Shown here: positions 20,119 to 30,218 of the stretch, one piece after another
Layout: each line of letters begins with the position of its first letter
How positions within the stretch are numbered: the stretch's first letter is position 1
Assembly: GCA_963764715.1 (NCBI GenBank)
Contig: CAVXTP010000017.1
Span: 96,001 to 160,000, forward strand
DNA from: an uncultured Acidobacteriota bacterium
GTDB taxonomy: Bacteria; Acidobacteriota; Thermoanaerobaculia; UBA5066; Gp7-AA6
Length of the DNA stretch: 64,000 nucleotides
Direction: 5' to 3'
Notes under the pieces: generated by a model
The model's input: the letters and a program-made list of their open reading frames with translations, nothing else
Told to the model about the DNA's origin: nothing
Database searches by the model: none
Position numbers and translations under genes: made by a program

Positions 20119-20897
20119 GCGCGGCGCTCCCCACGCCCGCCTTGTACCGTGGAACGCTCCGGCACCGCCGGTTCGCGCCGAAGCTCCACGCCTTCACCTA
20201 TCCCGTCTTCATGGTCTTCCTGGACGTCGACCGCATCGCGGAGCTCTCCCGCGTCTCGCCGTTTCTCTCGGTCAACCGCTGGAACTGGGCGAGCTTCGAC
20301 GACCGCGACCACCTGGGCGCCCCGGGGCGCCGACTGCGCGACCGGCTCGCCGACAGCGCGGCCGAGCGGGGCCTGCGGCTTCCCGACGGGCCCATCTTCC
20401 TCCTCACGAACCTGCGCTATCTCGGATACTGTTTCAATCCGGTCTCGTACTTCTACTGCTACGACGGGGCCGGGGAGCTTTCGCTCGTGATGGCGGAAGT
20501 CAGCAACACGTTCGGGGAGATGCACCCGTACTGGCTCGACGGATCCCTCGAGACCCGCACGGGCGCCGGCCGGCACTACGACTTCGACAAGGCCTTCCAC
20601 GTGTCCCCGTTCATGCCGATGGATTGCCGCTACCGGTTCGGGTTCACCGACCCCGGCGACTCGCTCGTCGTGCAGGTCTCCGAGTGGAGGGCCGCCGACC
20701 TGTTCTTCGACGCGACGCTCCGGCTCCAGCGCGAGCCGTGGGGCGCCGCGGCGCTGCATCGGGCGCTGTGGCGGCACCCGTGGATGACGCTGAAGGTGAT
20801 CGCCGCGATTCACTGGCAGGCGCTGCGGCTCTGGGTCAAACGGGTTCCGGTCTTCACGCACCCGAAAAGACTCGACGGGAAGGAGGGCGCGCCATGA
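20115..20897 (+). CDS. DUF1365 family protein (UfaO/RSP_1090-like)
   Basis: HRRFAP..HAFTY, GYCFNPVSYFYC, AEVSNTFGE, KAFHVSPF, IHWQALRLW. Confidence 0.9.
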   Translation: MSAALPTPALYRGTLRHRRFAPKLHAFTYPVFMVFLDVDRIAELSRVSPFLSVNRWNWASFDDRDHLGAPGRRLRDRLADSAAERGLRLPDGPIFLLTNLRYLGYCFNPVSYFYCYDGAGELSLVMAEVSNTFGEMHPYWLDGSLETRTGAGRHYDFDKAFHVSPFMPMDCRYRFGFTDPGDSLVVQVSEWRAADLFFDATLRLQREPWGAAALHRALWRHPWMTLKVIAAIHWQALRLWVKRVPVFTHPKRLDGKEGAP

Positions 20898-22126
20898 GCG
20901 TTTCTCGCAATCTCTTCCTCCGCGGTCTCGAGCGGATCGCCGATGGCCGGCTCGAGGTGCGGCTTCCCGGCGGCCGCGTACGGGAGTTCGGCGACCCCGC
21001 CTCGGATCTCCACGCGACAGTCGAGATCCGCGACGAAGCGGCATTTGCCCGGTTCGTGTTCGGCGGCGACATCGCCTTCGGCGAGGCCTACGCGGAGGGG
21101 CTCTGGTCCTCGCCGGATCTGCCGTCGGTCGTGCGCCTGGCGGTCCGCAACATTGCCGCCTTCGACGCCGGCAACCGCGCGACCGCCGCCCTCTCGCGCT
21201 GGGCGGCGCGCCTGCGGCACTGGCTGCGCCGCAATACCGTCTCCGGCAGCCGCCTCAACATCTCGTATCACTACGACCTCGGGACCGACTTCTACTCGCT
21301 CTTCCTCGACCCGACGCTGACGTACTCGTGCGGGCTCTTCGAGAGGCCGGGCCTCTCGCTCGAGGAGGCCCAGGTTGCGAAGTTCGACCGCATCGCGCAG
21401 ATGCTCGAGCTCGCGCCGGGGGACCGGCTCGTCGAGATCGGCTCGGGCTGGGGCTCCTTCGCTCTGCACGCCGCCCGCCGCTACGGCTGCCGGGTCACGA
21501 CGACGACGATCAGCCGTTCCCAGTACGACCACGTCCGCGACCGGCTCGCTCGCGAGGACGGGGGCGGACAGGTAGAGCTCCTCTTCGAGGACTACCGCCA
21601 GCTGACCGGCCGGTATGACAAGGCCGTTTCGATCGAGATGTTCGAGGCGGTCGGCCTCGCCTATTACGACGACTACTTCCGCGCCGTCGACCGGCTGCTC
21701 GAGCCCGGCGGGACGATGCTGCTGCAGACGATCTGGATCAACGAGGAGCGGTTCCCGCGCTACCACGCCCAGCCCGACTTCATCCAGCGCCACGTCTTCC
21801 CCGGCAGCGAGCTCGCGTCGATCGGGCAAATCCGCCGGTCGCTCGCACGGGCCACGACGCTTTCCGTCGCCGCGCTCGAGGAGATCGGGCTCCACTACGT
21901 TTCGACGCTCACCGCCTGGCGCCAGGCCTTCCTCGCCCACCGCGACAGGGTCCGCGCCCTCGGCTTCCCCGAGACGTTCGTGCGCCTGTGGGACTACTAC
22001 CTCGCCTACTGCCAGGGGGCGTTCGCGGAGCGGTACATCGGCGACGCGCAGATCCTCCTCGCGAAGGTGGCGGCGCCGGCCGGCCGGGCCGCGGTCCGCT
22101 CCGGGGCGGCGGGAGCGAAGGCGTGA
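20894..22126 (+). CDS. cfa: Cyclopropane-fatty-acyl-phospholipid synthase family SAM methyltransferase (UfaM-like)
   Basis: GEAY, NISYHYDLG, TYSC, EIGSGWG, SIEMFEAVG, FIQRHVFPG, WDYYLAYC. Confidence 0.92.
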   Translation: MSVSRNLFLRGLERIADGRLEVRLPGGRVREFGDPASDLHATVEIRDEAAFARFVFGGDIAFGEAYAEGLWSSPDLPSVVRLAVRNIAAFDAGNRATAALSRWAARLRHWLRRNTVSGSRLNISYHYDLGTDFYSLFLDPTLTYSCGLFERPGLSLEEAQVAKFDRIAQMLELAPGDRLVEIGSGWGSFALHAARRYGCRVTTTTISRSQYDHVRDRLAREDGGGQVELLFEDYRQLTGRYDKAVSIEMFEAVGLAYYDDYFRAVDRLLEPGGTMLLQTIWINEERFPRYHAQPDFIQRHVFPGSELASIGQIRRSLARATTLSVAALEEIGLHYVSTLTAWRQAFLAHRDRVRALGFPETFVRLWDYYLAYCQGAFAERYIGDAQILLAKVAAPAGRAAVRSGAAGAKA

Positions 22127-22455
22127 AGACCGCGCTCATCGCCCTCTTCGGGGCCATCCTCGCCGGCATGCTCGCGGTCACCGGCTGGGCGAGCCTGCGC
22201 ATCCCGATCTGGAAGGCGGGCCCGGACATCTCGGACCCCTGGTCGCTCGCGACGCTCGCCGACGCCTACGCCGGGTTCCTCACCTTCTTCGTCTGGGTCG
22301 CGTACCGGGAGTCGAAGCTCGCCGCCAGGGCCCTGTGGTTCGTCCTCATCATGGCCCTGGGCAACATCGCGATGTCGATCTATGTCCTTCGGGAGCTCCT
22401 GCAGCTCGCGCCGGGCGAGCCGCCCTCGCGCCTGCTCGAGAAGCGCCGCGCATGA
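22123..22455 (+). CDS. DUF1475 family small membrane protein
   Basis: PWSLATLADAYAGFLTFFVWVAYRE..LGNIAMSIY. Confidence 0.8.
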   Translation: MKTALIALFGAILAGMLAVTGWASLRIPIWKAGPDISDPWSLATLADAYAGFLTFFVWVAYRESKLAARALWFVLIMALGNIAMSIYVLRELLQLAPGEPPSRLLEKRRA

Positions 22456-22970
22456 GCCTCCGGGAATTCCTCCGCTCGTGGATCGCCGCGCCGATCCGCG
22501 AGCAGCTCACGCAGGGCCTCTCGCCCGAAAAGATCGCCCTGACGATCGGCGTGGGCCTGGCGATCGCCGTCATCCCGGTCGTCGGCGTGACGACGGTCAT
22601 GAGCTTCCTCGCCGCCTGGGCGCTCCGGCTCAACCAGCCCATCATCCAGACGATCAACTGGTCCTCGTATGCGCTCCAGCTGCTGATGATCTTCCCCTTC
22701 ATCCGCCTGGGCGAGAAGCTCTTCCGCGCGCCGCGCCTCCGTCTCTCCCTCGACGAGCTCGTCGCGATGGGCAAGGCCGATCCTCTCGGGACGCTGTCGC
22801 GCCTCGGCTCGACGATCGGGCACGCGGTCGTCGCCTGGGCGCTCGTCGCGCCGCTGATCGTGGCCGCCGCGTACTACGGGACCCGACCCGCGCTGCGCGC
22901 CCTGTCCCGCCGGCTCGCGCCGCCGGCCGCGAGGCCGGACGACGCCAGGGGAGTGGACGATGTGGCGTGA
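22452..22970 (+). CDS. DUF2062 family membrane protein
   Basis: QGLSPEKIAL..P..GVTT..LRLNQP..PFIRLG. Confidence 0.8.
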   Translation: MSLREFLRSWIAAPIREQLTQGLSPEKIALTIGVGLAIAVIPVVGVTTVMSFLAAWALRLNQPIIQTINWSSYALQLLMIFPFIRLGEKLFRAPRLRLSLDELVAMGKADPLGTLSRLGSTIGHAVVAWALVAPLIVAAAYYGTRPALRALSRRLAPPAARPDDARGVDDVA

Positions 22971-23745
22971 GGCCGCCGCGCTCGCCCTCTGGGGCGCCCT
23001 CCTCGTGACGGCGGTCATGTTCGCCGCCTGGGCCGCGCACTTGAAGGCCCGGAACGCCGGCGTCGTCGACGTCGCCTGGTCGGCCAACATCGCGCTCCTC
23101 GCCGTGCTGTACGCGGCGCTGGGACCGGGGCTTGTGCTGCGGCGCGTCCTCGTCGCGCTCATGGGCGGCGTCTCCGGCTTGCGTCTGGCATGGCACATCC
23201 ACGCCCGCGGGCACGGCAAGCCCGAGGACGGCCGCTATGCGACCCTGCGAAAGGAGTGGGGCGGGAACGTCGAGGTGAAGTTCCTCTTCTTCTTCCTCTT
23301 CCAGGGACTCCTCGATCTCGTCCTCGGAATCCCGTTCCTCTTCGCCTCGCTCGACGAATCCGCTCCGGTCTCGCCTCTCGCATGGGCCGGCGTCGCGCTG
23401 TGGTGCGTCGCCGTCACCGGCGAGACGACGGCCGACCGGCAGCTCGAGCGTTTCAAGTCGGACCCGGCCAACAAGGGCCGGACGTGCCGCGCCGGCCTCT
23501 GGCGGTTCTCGCGCCACCCCAATTACTTCTTCGAGTGGCTCGTGTGGGTCGCCTGGGCCGTCTTCGCGCTCGCCTCGCCCGGCGGGTGGCTCGCGCTCGT
23601 CTGCCCGGCCCTGATGCTGTTCTTCCTGCTGCGGGTCACCGGCATCCCCGCGACCGAAGCCCAGGCCCTGAAGTCCCGCGGCGACGACTACCGCGACTAC
23701 CAGCGCACGACGTCGGCGTTCGTGCCGTGGCTCCCGAAAGCATGA
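22960..23745 (+). CDS. DUF1295 family (steroid 5-alpha-reductase-like) membrane protein
   Basis: NAGVVDVAW, EDGRY, ADRQL, GLWRFSRHPNYFFEW, TGIP..E, YQRTTSAF. Confidence 0.9.
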   Translation: MWREAAALALWGALLVTAVMFAAWAAHLKARNAGVVDVAWSANIALLAVLYAALGPGLVLRRVLVALMGGVSGLRLAWHIHARGHGKPEDGRYATLRKEWGGNVEVKFLFFFLFQGLLDLVLGIPFLFASLDESAPVSPLAWAGVALWCVAVTGETTADRQLERFKSDPANKGRTCRAGLWRFSRHPNYFFEWLVWVAWAVFALASPGGWLALVCPALMLFFLLRVTGIPATEAQALKSRGDDYRDYQRTTSAFVPWLPKA

Positions 23746-24794
23746 GCGCCCGGGCGAAGCTCGAGATTCCGGCCGCGGGCCTCGTCGAGCGGGGCCTCGT
23801 CCCGGACGCCATCCTGCGCCTGGCGATCCGGCGCCTCCTCGCCGCGCGACTCCGCGAGGAAGACGCCGGAGACCCCGAGGCCGCGCGCCGCCGCACCGAC
23901 GCGTTCGCCGCGAGGATGCGGGAGAGCCCGATCGCCATCGCGACTTCCGACGCCAACGCCCAGCACTACGAGGTCCCGCCGCGGCTCTTCGAGCTCGTCC
24001 TCGGGAAACGCATGAAGTACAGCTGCGGTCTCTACGAGAGCACGACGGTGACGCTCGACGAGGCCGAGGAGGCGATGCTCGCCCTGACGGGCGCCCGGGC
24101 GCAGCTCCAGGACGGCCAGGAGGTCCTCGAGCTCGGCTGCGGCTGGGGCTCGCTCACCCTCTGGATGGCGGAGCGGTTTCCGCGTTCCAGGATCACGGCC
24201 GTCTCCAACTCCCGCGACCAGCGCGGATTCATCGAGATGCGCGCCCGGGAGCGCGGCCTCTCGAACGTCACGATCGCGACGGCGGACATGAACGTGTTCG
24301 ACCCCGGCCGGACGTTCGATCGGATCGTGTCCGTCGAAATGTTCGAGCACATGCGCAACTGGCCGAAGCTGCTCGAGCGGATCGCCTTCTGGATGCGCCC
24401 CGACGCGCGTCTCTTCCTGCACGTCTTCTCCCACCGGGCGGTCGCCTACCCCTTCGACGTGCGGGACGCCTCCGACTGGATGGCGCGCGAATTCTTCACC
24501 GGGGGGCTCATGCCCTCCGACGACCTGCTCGACCGGTTCCCGGACCACGTCCGGATCGAGGCGCGCTGGCAGGTCGACGGCACCCACTACCAGCGAACCG
24601 CCGAGGACTGGCTCGCGAACCTCGACGCCCGGCGCGACGAGGCCCTCGCGCTCTTCGCCGCGACGTACGGAGAGACCGAAGCGCGCGCGCGGCTCGCGGC
24701 CTGGCGCCTCTTCTTCCTCGCCTGCGCCGAGTGCTGGGGCTACCGCGGCGGAACGGAGTGGATCGTCTCGCACTACCGGCTGCGCCGGTCCTGA
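23742..24794 (+). CDS. Second CFA-synthase-like SAM-dependent methyltransferase
   Basis: ANAQHYEVP, MKYSC, LELGCGWGS, SVEMFEHMRN, FFTGG.MPS, EWIVSHY. Confidence 0.9.
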   Translation: MSARAKLEIPAAGLVERGLVPDAILRLAIRRLLAARLREEDAGDPEAARRRTDAFAARMRESPIAIATSDANAQHYEVPPRLFELVLGKRMKYSCGLYESTTVTLDEAEEAMLALTGARAQLQDGQEVLELGCGWGSLTLWMAERFPRSRITAVSNSRDQRGFIEMRARERGLSNVTIATADMNVFDPGRTFDRIVSVEMFEHMRNWPKLLERIAFWMRPDARLFLHVFSHRAVAYPFDVRDASDWMAREFFTGGLMPSDDLLDRFPDHVRIEARWQVDGTHYQRTAEDWLANLDARRDEALALFAATYGETEARARLAAWRLFFLACAECWGYRGGTEWIVSHYRLRRS

Positions 24795-24811
24795 GGTAGC
24801 CTGCCCGGAGA

Positions 24812-25729
24812 GTGAACCTCCCCACGCCGCTCGAGGCGGCGCCGGCGGAGCTCGCCGGCGGCCGGCCCCTGGACTTGAAGCGCGAGGACGCGCACGAGCT
24901 CGGCGCGTTCAAGTGGCGCGGAGCGCTGCCCACGGTCGAGGCGTACAAGCGGCAGGGCGCCTCGGCCGTCGTCACCGCCTCGACCGGGAACCACGGGGCC
25001 GCGGTCGCCTGGGCCTCGCGGCGGCTGGGCCTGCGCGCGATGGTCTACGCGCCCGCGGGCGCTTCGCTCGCGAAGCTCGCGCTGATCGACTCGCTCGGCG
25101 CCGAGATCCGGCTCATCGGCACCGACCTCGACTTCGCCAAGGACGAGGGCAAGCGCTTCGCGGCCGAAGCCCGGCTTCCCTTCTTCGAGGACGGCGTCGA
25201 GCCCACGCAGTACCAGGGATACGGGGCGATCGCCGACGAGATCCTCGACCAGGGCACAGAGCCGCCGGCCGCCGTCGTCGTGCCGGTCGGCAACGGCGCG
25301 CTGATCGGCGGGATCGGCCGGACCCTGAAGCGCCGCTCCCCCGCGACGTCCCTCGTCGGCGTCGCCGCGAAGGAGGCGCCGGTCATGGCGCTGTCCCACC
25401 GGGCGGGCCGCGCCGTCGAGAGCGACCGCATGGGGACCTTCGCCGACGGCCTCGCGGTCCGCGTCGCGATCCCCGAGGCGGTCGAGCTCGTCAACGGGGT
25501 CGTCGACCGGATGCTCCTGGTGTCCGAGCGGTCCATGGCGGAAGCGATCGGCGCGTTTCACCGTGCCGGAATTCGCGCCGAGGGCGCCGCCGCCGCGGGC
25601 CTCGCCGCGCTGCCTCAGCTTCCGCTTCCGGTCGACGTGGGACGGATCGTCCTCGTCGTCACCGGCCGCAACATCGACGAGGCTCTCCACCGCCGCGCCG
25701 TCGAGGACCCCGGCTCCTTCCCGGACTGA
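24812..25729 (+). CDS. PLP-dependent threonine dehydratase-like enzyme
   Basis: LKRED..GAFKWRG, TASTGNHG, PVGNGALIGG, TFADG, TGRN. Confidence 0.85.
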   Translation: MNLPTPLEAAPAELAGGRPLDLKREDAHELGAFKWRGALPTVEAYKRQGASAVVTASTGNHGAAVAWASRRLGLRAMVYAPAGASLAKLALIDSLGAEIRLIGTDLDFAKDEGKRFAAEARLPFFEDGVEPTQYQGYGAIADEILDQGTEPPAAVVVPVGNGALIGGIGRTLKRRSPATSLVGVAAKEAPVMALSHRAGRAVESDRMGTFADGLAVRVAIPEAVELVNGVVDRMLLVSERSMAEAIGAFHRAGIRAEGAAAAGLAALPQLPLPVDVGRIVLVVTGRNIDEALHRRAVEDPGSFPD

Positions 25730-25781
25730 GCCCGTCTTCGGCCCCGGCTTACTGCTTACCGCTTACCGCTTACCGCTTACT
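25730..25781 (-). repeat. Heptamer tandem repeat (GCTTACY)x5 with conserved flank
   Basis: gcttact gcttacc gcttacc gcttacc gcttact at 25747-25781; reverse complement of the arrays at about 28923 and 34098; supplies the amidase stop codon. Confidence 0.85.
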
Positions 25782-27401
25782 GACCCTCAAATCCACCGTC
25801 GGCAGATACCGCGGCGGCCGCCGCACCTTCGTCGCCTGCTCGAACGCGTAGGCGATCTTCAGGAGCGTCGGCTCGCTGCCGGCCCGGCCGAAGAACGACA
25901 GCCCGACCGGCAGCCCGAAGTGCCAGCCCGCGGGCACGGTGATGTCGGGATAGCCGGCGATCGCCGGGATCGACGAGCTCCCGTCGGCGCCGTAGCCGCC
26001 GTTGACGAGGTCGATCAGCGACGCGGGGCCCGAGGTCGGCGCGACGAGGCAGTCGAGACGATGTTCGTCCATGGTCTTGTCGATGCCCTCGACGCGCGAC
26101 AGCCGGAGGTCCTTGGCGAGCGCGTCGACGTAGGCCTTGTCCGTCAGCGGGCCCTTGGCTTCCGCCTTCTCGAAGATCTCCTGCCCGAAGTACGGCATCT
26201 CGCTCTCGCGGTTCTTCGCGTTGAAGAGGATCAGGTCCGAGAGCGTCCGGTACCGCGTCCGGGAGCCGAGCCCCGCGAGATGGGCGTTGAGGTCCGCCTT
26301 GAACTCGTAAAGGAGCACTTCGAATTCGGACTCGCCGATCTCGCCCGCCGATGCGATGTCGGCCGGGTCCACGATGACGGCGCCCTCCCGCCGCATGACC
26401 GCGAGGGCATCCTCGGCGACGGCGTCGGCCGCCGGGCTCTGCCCGTAGAGCTTTTTGCGCGGCACGCCGATGCGGGCGCCGGCGAGGCCGCGGGGATCGA
26501 GGAAGGTCGCGTAGTCGATCGGCGCCCTCCCGGCGAGGTCGCGTGTCGCCGGGTCCGCCGGATCGAAGCCGCACATCGCGGTCAGCAGGATCGCGGCGTC
26601 GGCGACGGTGCGGGTCATCGGGCCGGCGGTGTCCTGGCTGTGCGCGATGGGGATGATCCCGCTCCGCGACACGAGGCCGAGCGTCGGTTTCAGCCCGACG
26701 AGGCCGCAGTTGTTGGACGGCGAGACGATCGAGCCGTCGGTCTCCGTCCCGATCGTGATCGCGCAGAGGCTCGCCGCCGCCGCGGCCCCCGAGCCCGAGC
26801 TCGAGCCCGACGGATCGCGGTCGAGGGCGTACGGGTTGCGGCACTGCCCGCCGCGGCCGCTCCAGCCGCTCTGGGAGTGCGTCGAGCGGAAGTTGGCCCA
26901 CTCCGAGAGGTTCGTCTTGCCGAGGATCACCGCGCCCGCGTCGCGCAGCCGCTGGACGATGTGGGCGTCCTTCTCGGGAACCGCTCCGACGAGGGCGAGC
27001 GAGCCGGCCGTCGTCTGCATGCGGTCGGCGGTCCCGATGTTGTCCTTGATCAGCACGGGGATCCCGTGGAGGGGCCCGCGGACCTTGCCGGCCTTGCGCT
27101 CGGCGTCGAGGCGGTCGGCGATCGCCAGGGCGTCGGGGTTCACCTCGAGGACCGCCCGCAGCGTCGGGCCCTTCCGGTCGATCGCCTCGATGCGCGCGAT
27201 GTACTTCTCGGCGAGCGTGCGGGCGGAGTCCGCGCCCGAGGCCAGCCGCTTCTGGAGATCGGCGACCGTCAGCTCGTCGAGCTCGCCCGCCGGCGGCGGC
27301 GGAGGGTCGGCCGGCGGCGGCCCCGCCGCAGCGTTGCGGGAGACCGCCGCGGCGGCGCCTCCCAGGACTCCGCTCTTCAACAGGGACCGGCGATCGATCA
27401 T
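25770..27401 (-). CDS. Amidase signature family enzyme with Tat signal
   Basis: MIDRRSLLK, GPLHGIPVLIKDN, GKTNLSEWAN, SGSSSGS, GTETDGSI. Confidence 0.94.
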   Translation of the reverse strand: MIDRRSLLKSGVLGGAAAAVSRNAAAGPPPADPPPPPAGELDELTVADLQKRLASGADSARTLAEKYIARIEAIDRKGPTLRAVLEVNPDALAIADRLDAERKAGKVRGPLHGIPVLIKDNIGTADRMQTTAGSLALVGAVPEKDAHIVQRLRDAGAVILGKTNLSEWANFRSTHSQSGWSGRGGQCRNPYALDRDPSGSSSGSGAAAAASLCAITIGTETDGSIVSPSNNCGLVGLKPTLGLVSRSGIIPIAHSQDTAGPMTRTVADAAILLTAMCGFDPADPATRDLAGRAPIDYATFLDPRGLAGARIGVPRKKLYGQSPAADAVAEDALAVMRREGAVIVDPADIASAGEIGESEFEVLLYEFKADLNAHLAGLGSRTRYRTLSDLILFNAKNRESEMPYFGQEIFEKAEAKGPLTDKAYVDALAKDLRLSRVEGIDKTMDEHRLDCLVAPTSGPASLIDLVNGGYGADGSSSIPAIAGYPDITVPAGWHFGLPVGLSFFGRAGSEPTLLKIAYAFEQATKVRRPPRYLPTVDLRVSKR

Positions 27402-27456
27402 CGCGTCCTCCGCTTTCGTGCGGCCGAGAGATATCACGGAGCGGCGCGGGCCCGCG

Positions 27457-28863
27457 TCAGAAGAGGTGCGCGATCGAGTTGGCGTAGTAGCGCAGCAGCG
27501 GCACCTCGTCCGGGCGGGCGCGGAAGAGGCCGCCGGCCTCCTCGACGAGGCGGCGCAGCGTCAGCATGCGGAGGCCCACCGTGATCGCGTAGTCCTGGTC
27601 GCCCCGCGGGACGTAGACGTGGGCCCCCCGCCCCTCGAGCTCCCGGATCAGCCGCAGCACCTCGCCCTTGAGCTCGAGCTCGCTCCAGCTCCGCTCCGGC
27701 GCCCGCACGAAGACCGTCGCGACGAGCGAGACCGGGACGACCGGGATGACCCGCGCGATCTCCCCCATCAGCTCCCGCGCCAGGTCCGACAGGCGCCGGG
27801 AGCGCTCCTCTCCCGCGAGGGAGCGAAAGTCGAACGCGTGGCGCTGGAGGTGGCGCCGGAGCGAAACGGGCGAGCCGAAGTTCACGCACGCGTAGCCGAA
27901 CCGGTGCCAGCGATTGAGGGCCCTCAGCCAGACGTTGCGGCCGATGAACCGCGCCGTCGTCCCCGCCGCGGCCGGCGCGCTCCGGGGAGAGGCCTCCGGG
28001 TCGAGCTCGCGCAGGAAGCTGCGGTCCTCGAACGTCCGGTCGTAGTTGATGCCGACCGGGATGAAGACGATGTCGCGCTCCCCCGCCGGGTCGAACGACC
28101 GGACCATGTAGTCGAGGATGCCGAGCCTGGGCGGCCGCAGCTTCCCGTCGCGCGAGAGGCCGCCCTCCGGGAAGACCGCCTGCGTCACGCCCGCCGCGGT
28201 GGCCATCCCGACGTAACGCTCGAGGACCTTGCGGTAAAGGGGGTCCTTCGAGTTGCGCCGCACGAAGTACGCGCCCATCGAGCGGATCAGCGTCTGCAGC
28301 GGCCAGATGCGCGCCCACTCGCCGACGGCGTAGGAGAGCGCGGCCTTCTCCGCCGCGAGATACGAGACGAGGACGTAGTCCATGTTGCTGCGGTGGTTGA
28401 TGAGGAAGACGACCGTCGCCTTCGGAGGCATCGACGCGAGGCCTTCCTCGTCCTCGTAGCCGAGGCGCACCCGGTAGAGCGAGCGCGCCAGGTTGCGGGC
28501 GAGCCAGTAGCCGATGCGGAAGTAGGCGTACGCGTTGAAGGCCGGGACGATCTCGCGCGCGTAGCGGCCGACGCGCTGCATGACGACCTCGCGCGGCATC
28601 GCCTTCTCCCTCGCCTCGGCCTCCGCGGCCTGCTGCACCTGGGGGTCGTAGAGCAGGCGGTCGATCAGGACCTCGCGCTTCGTCAGCTCGAAGTGCGCGA
28701 TGCGGATCTTCAGGCGGGTGTTGATCTCCTCGAGGACCCGGTTGACCCGGCGCCGGAGAAACCACCGGACGCTCGGGATGAGCAGCCGGTCGAGGGCGGC
28801 CCACGCCGCGAGGATCGCGAGCAGGATGGCGAGCCAGGTCGGAAGCTCGACGGTGCCGCGCAT
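27457..28863 (-). CDS. Glycerol-3-phosphate/lysophospholipid acyltransferase (PlsB/PlsC family)
   Basis: NHRSNMD (HX4D), GAYFVRR, FPEGGLSRDG, PVGINYD. Confidence 0.88.
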   Translation of the reverse strand: MRGTVELPTWLAILLAILAAWAALDRLLIPSVRWFLRRRVNRVLEEINTRLKIRIAHFELTKREVLIDRLLYDPQVQQAAEAEAREKAMPREVVMQRVGRYAREIVPAFNAYAYFRIGYWLARNLARSLYRVRLGYEDEEGLASMPPKATVVFLINHRSNMDYVLVSYLAAEKAALSYAVGEWARIWPLQTLIRSMGAYFVRRNSKDPLYRKVLERYVGMATAAGVTQAVFPEGGLSRDGKLRPPRLGILDYMVRSFDPAGERDIVFIPVGINYDRTFEDRSFLRELDPEASPRSAPAAAGTTARFIGRNVWLRALNRWHRFGYACVNFGSPVSLRRHLQRHAFDFRSLAGEERSRRLSDLARELMGEIARVIPVVPVSLVATVFVRAPERSWSELELKGEVLRLIRELEGRGAHVYVPRGDQDYAITVGLRMLTLRRLVEEAGGLFRARPDEVPLLRYYANSIAHLF

Positions 28864-28904
28864 GGGAAGTGCTTGCCGAGCATAGGACAGTCGTCGGCCA
28901 GTGA

Positions 28905-28996
28905 GCAGGAGGCAGGAGGCAGGCAGTAAGCAGTAAGCAGTAAGCAGTAAGCAGTAAGCAGGGATACGAAAAGGGGCGGCCGTGCGGGGCCGCCCC
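28905..28996 (+). repeat. Heptamer array (GCAGGAG)x2 + (GCAGTAA)x5, linker and GC hairpin
   Basis: gcagtaa repeated from 28923, then GCAGGGATACGAAAAGGGGCGGCC-gtgcgg-GGCCGCCCC. Confidence 0.85.
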
Positions 28997-29017
28997 ACCT
29001 GGTCCGACCGGCCTGAC

Positions 29018-29572
29018 CTAGCGCGGCCAGAGCCAGCCGAAGACGCCGGCCGTCAGGAGCCCGTACACGATCCCGTCGATCACTTCCTTGATCGTCGAGG
29101 ACCAGGACCGGCCCCACCAGATCGCGTTCGGCACGATCCCGGCGGCGTAGGCCAGCGCGGCGGCCCCGCCCGCGGTGTGGAAGACCGTGCGGTAGGAGGA
29201 GCCCACCGGCAGGACGCGGCCGGCGACGCAGGCGACCACCGTCGAGACCACCAGCAAATAGACGAACCAGAGGCCGAGCTGCTTGCCCATCCCCATCGGT
29301 CCGGGCGGCCAGACGACCATCGTGCCCATCGGGCCTTCTTCCATCTTCTTCTTCGTCTCGGGGCTCTTGTCGCGCGGGTCGCAGAACGGGAAGCGGTACT
29401 GCCCGCGCCCCACGCCCGCGCGGCGCATGGCCTCGAGCACTCCCGCCTCGCCGGGAAGCTGGGCCCAGTCCTTCTTGTGGTGCGGCAGGAACATCCAGAC
29501 GATGGAGCTCGCGATGTAGACGAGGACCGCGGAGCCCAGGATGGGAAGCCAGAGTGAGCCGAGGGCGACCAT
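29018..29572 (-). CDS. Hypothetical membrane protein
   Basis: SD AAGGAGGT; LWLPIL..ASSIVWMFLPHH, GQYRFP, IWWGRSW; 4 TM. Confidence 0.8.
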   Translation of the reverse strand: MVALGSLWLPILGSAVLVYIASSIVWMFLPHHKKDWAQLPGEAGVLEAMRRAGVGRGQYRFPFCDPRDKSPETKKKMEEGPMGTMVVWPPGPMGMGKQLGLWFVYLLVVSTVVACVAGRVLPVGSSYRTVFHTAGGAAALAYAAGIVPNAIWWGRSWSSTIKEVIDGIVYGLLTAGVFGWLWPR

Positions 29573-29646
29573 ACCCACCTCCTTGTGCGGTTGGAGCGAA
29601 GTGGCGGAATTATCCTCCCGAATCCGCGCGGCGTAGGATGCGCCCC

Positions 29647-30093
29647 ATGGAATGGCGCCGCGGCGGTTATGCGATCTCGACCGACCCGCAACGGCTGGAC
29701 CGGGCCGCCATTCACGGCTTCCTGTCCGGTTCCTACTGGGCGAAGGGCATCCCGCGCGAGGTCGTCGAGCGCTCGATCGAGGGGGCCCTCTGCTTCGGCC
29801 TCTACGAGGGAGAACCCCAGGTCGGTTTCGCCCGGGTGATCACCGACCGTGCGACCTTCGCCTACCTCGCCGACGTCTTCGTCGTCGAATCGCACCGCGG
29901 CCGGGGGCTCGCCGCCTGGCTCATGGAGACCGTCATGGGGCACCCCGAGCTCCAGGGGCTCCGCCGCTGGATCCTCATGACCCGGGACGCGCACGGGCTC
30001 TACCGGAAGTTCGGCTTCCGCGAGATCGCCGATTCCGGCCGCTGCATGGAGATCGTGGACCGCGAGGTGTACACGCGGGCTCCGCGACGCTAG
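29647..30093 (+). CDS. GNAT family N-acetyltransferase
   Basis: SYWAKG, QVGFARVITD.ATFAYLADVFV, HRGRGL, TRDAHGLY. Confidence 0.92.
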   Translation: MEWRRGGYAISTDPQRLDRAAIHGFLSGSYWAKGIPREVVERSIEGALCFGLYEGEPQVGFARVITDRATFAYLADVFVVESHRGRGLAAWLMETVMGHPELQGLRRWILMTRDAHGLYRKFGFREIADSGRCMEIVDREVYTRAPRR

Positions 30094-30218
30094 AATCGCC
30101 CCGCTGCCTATGATCGTCCCTCGGTAAAAAGCGCGGTTCCCCGGACGGCCCGGCCGTCCGATCACGAAGCCACGAACGCGGGGCGCCCGCGCACGGGCGC
30201 TCGCCGAGAGGAGATCCC

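Noticed and set aside
28905-28960. Tandem repeats as a possible CRISPR array
   Set aside because: 7-bp head-to-tail units without unique spacers, and no cas genes
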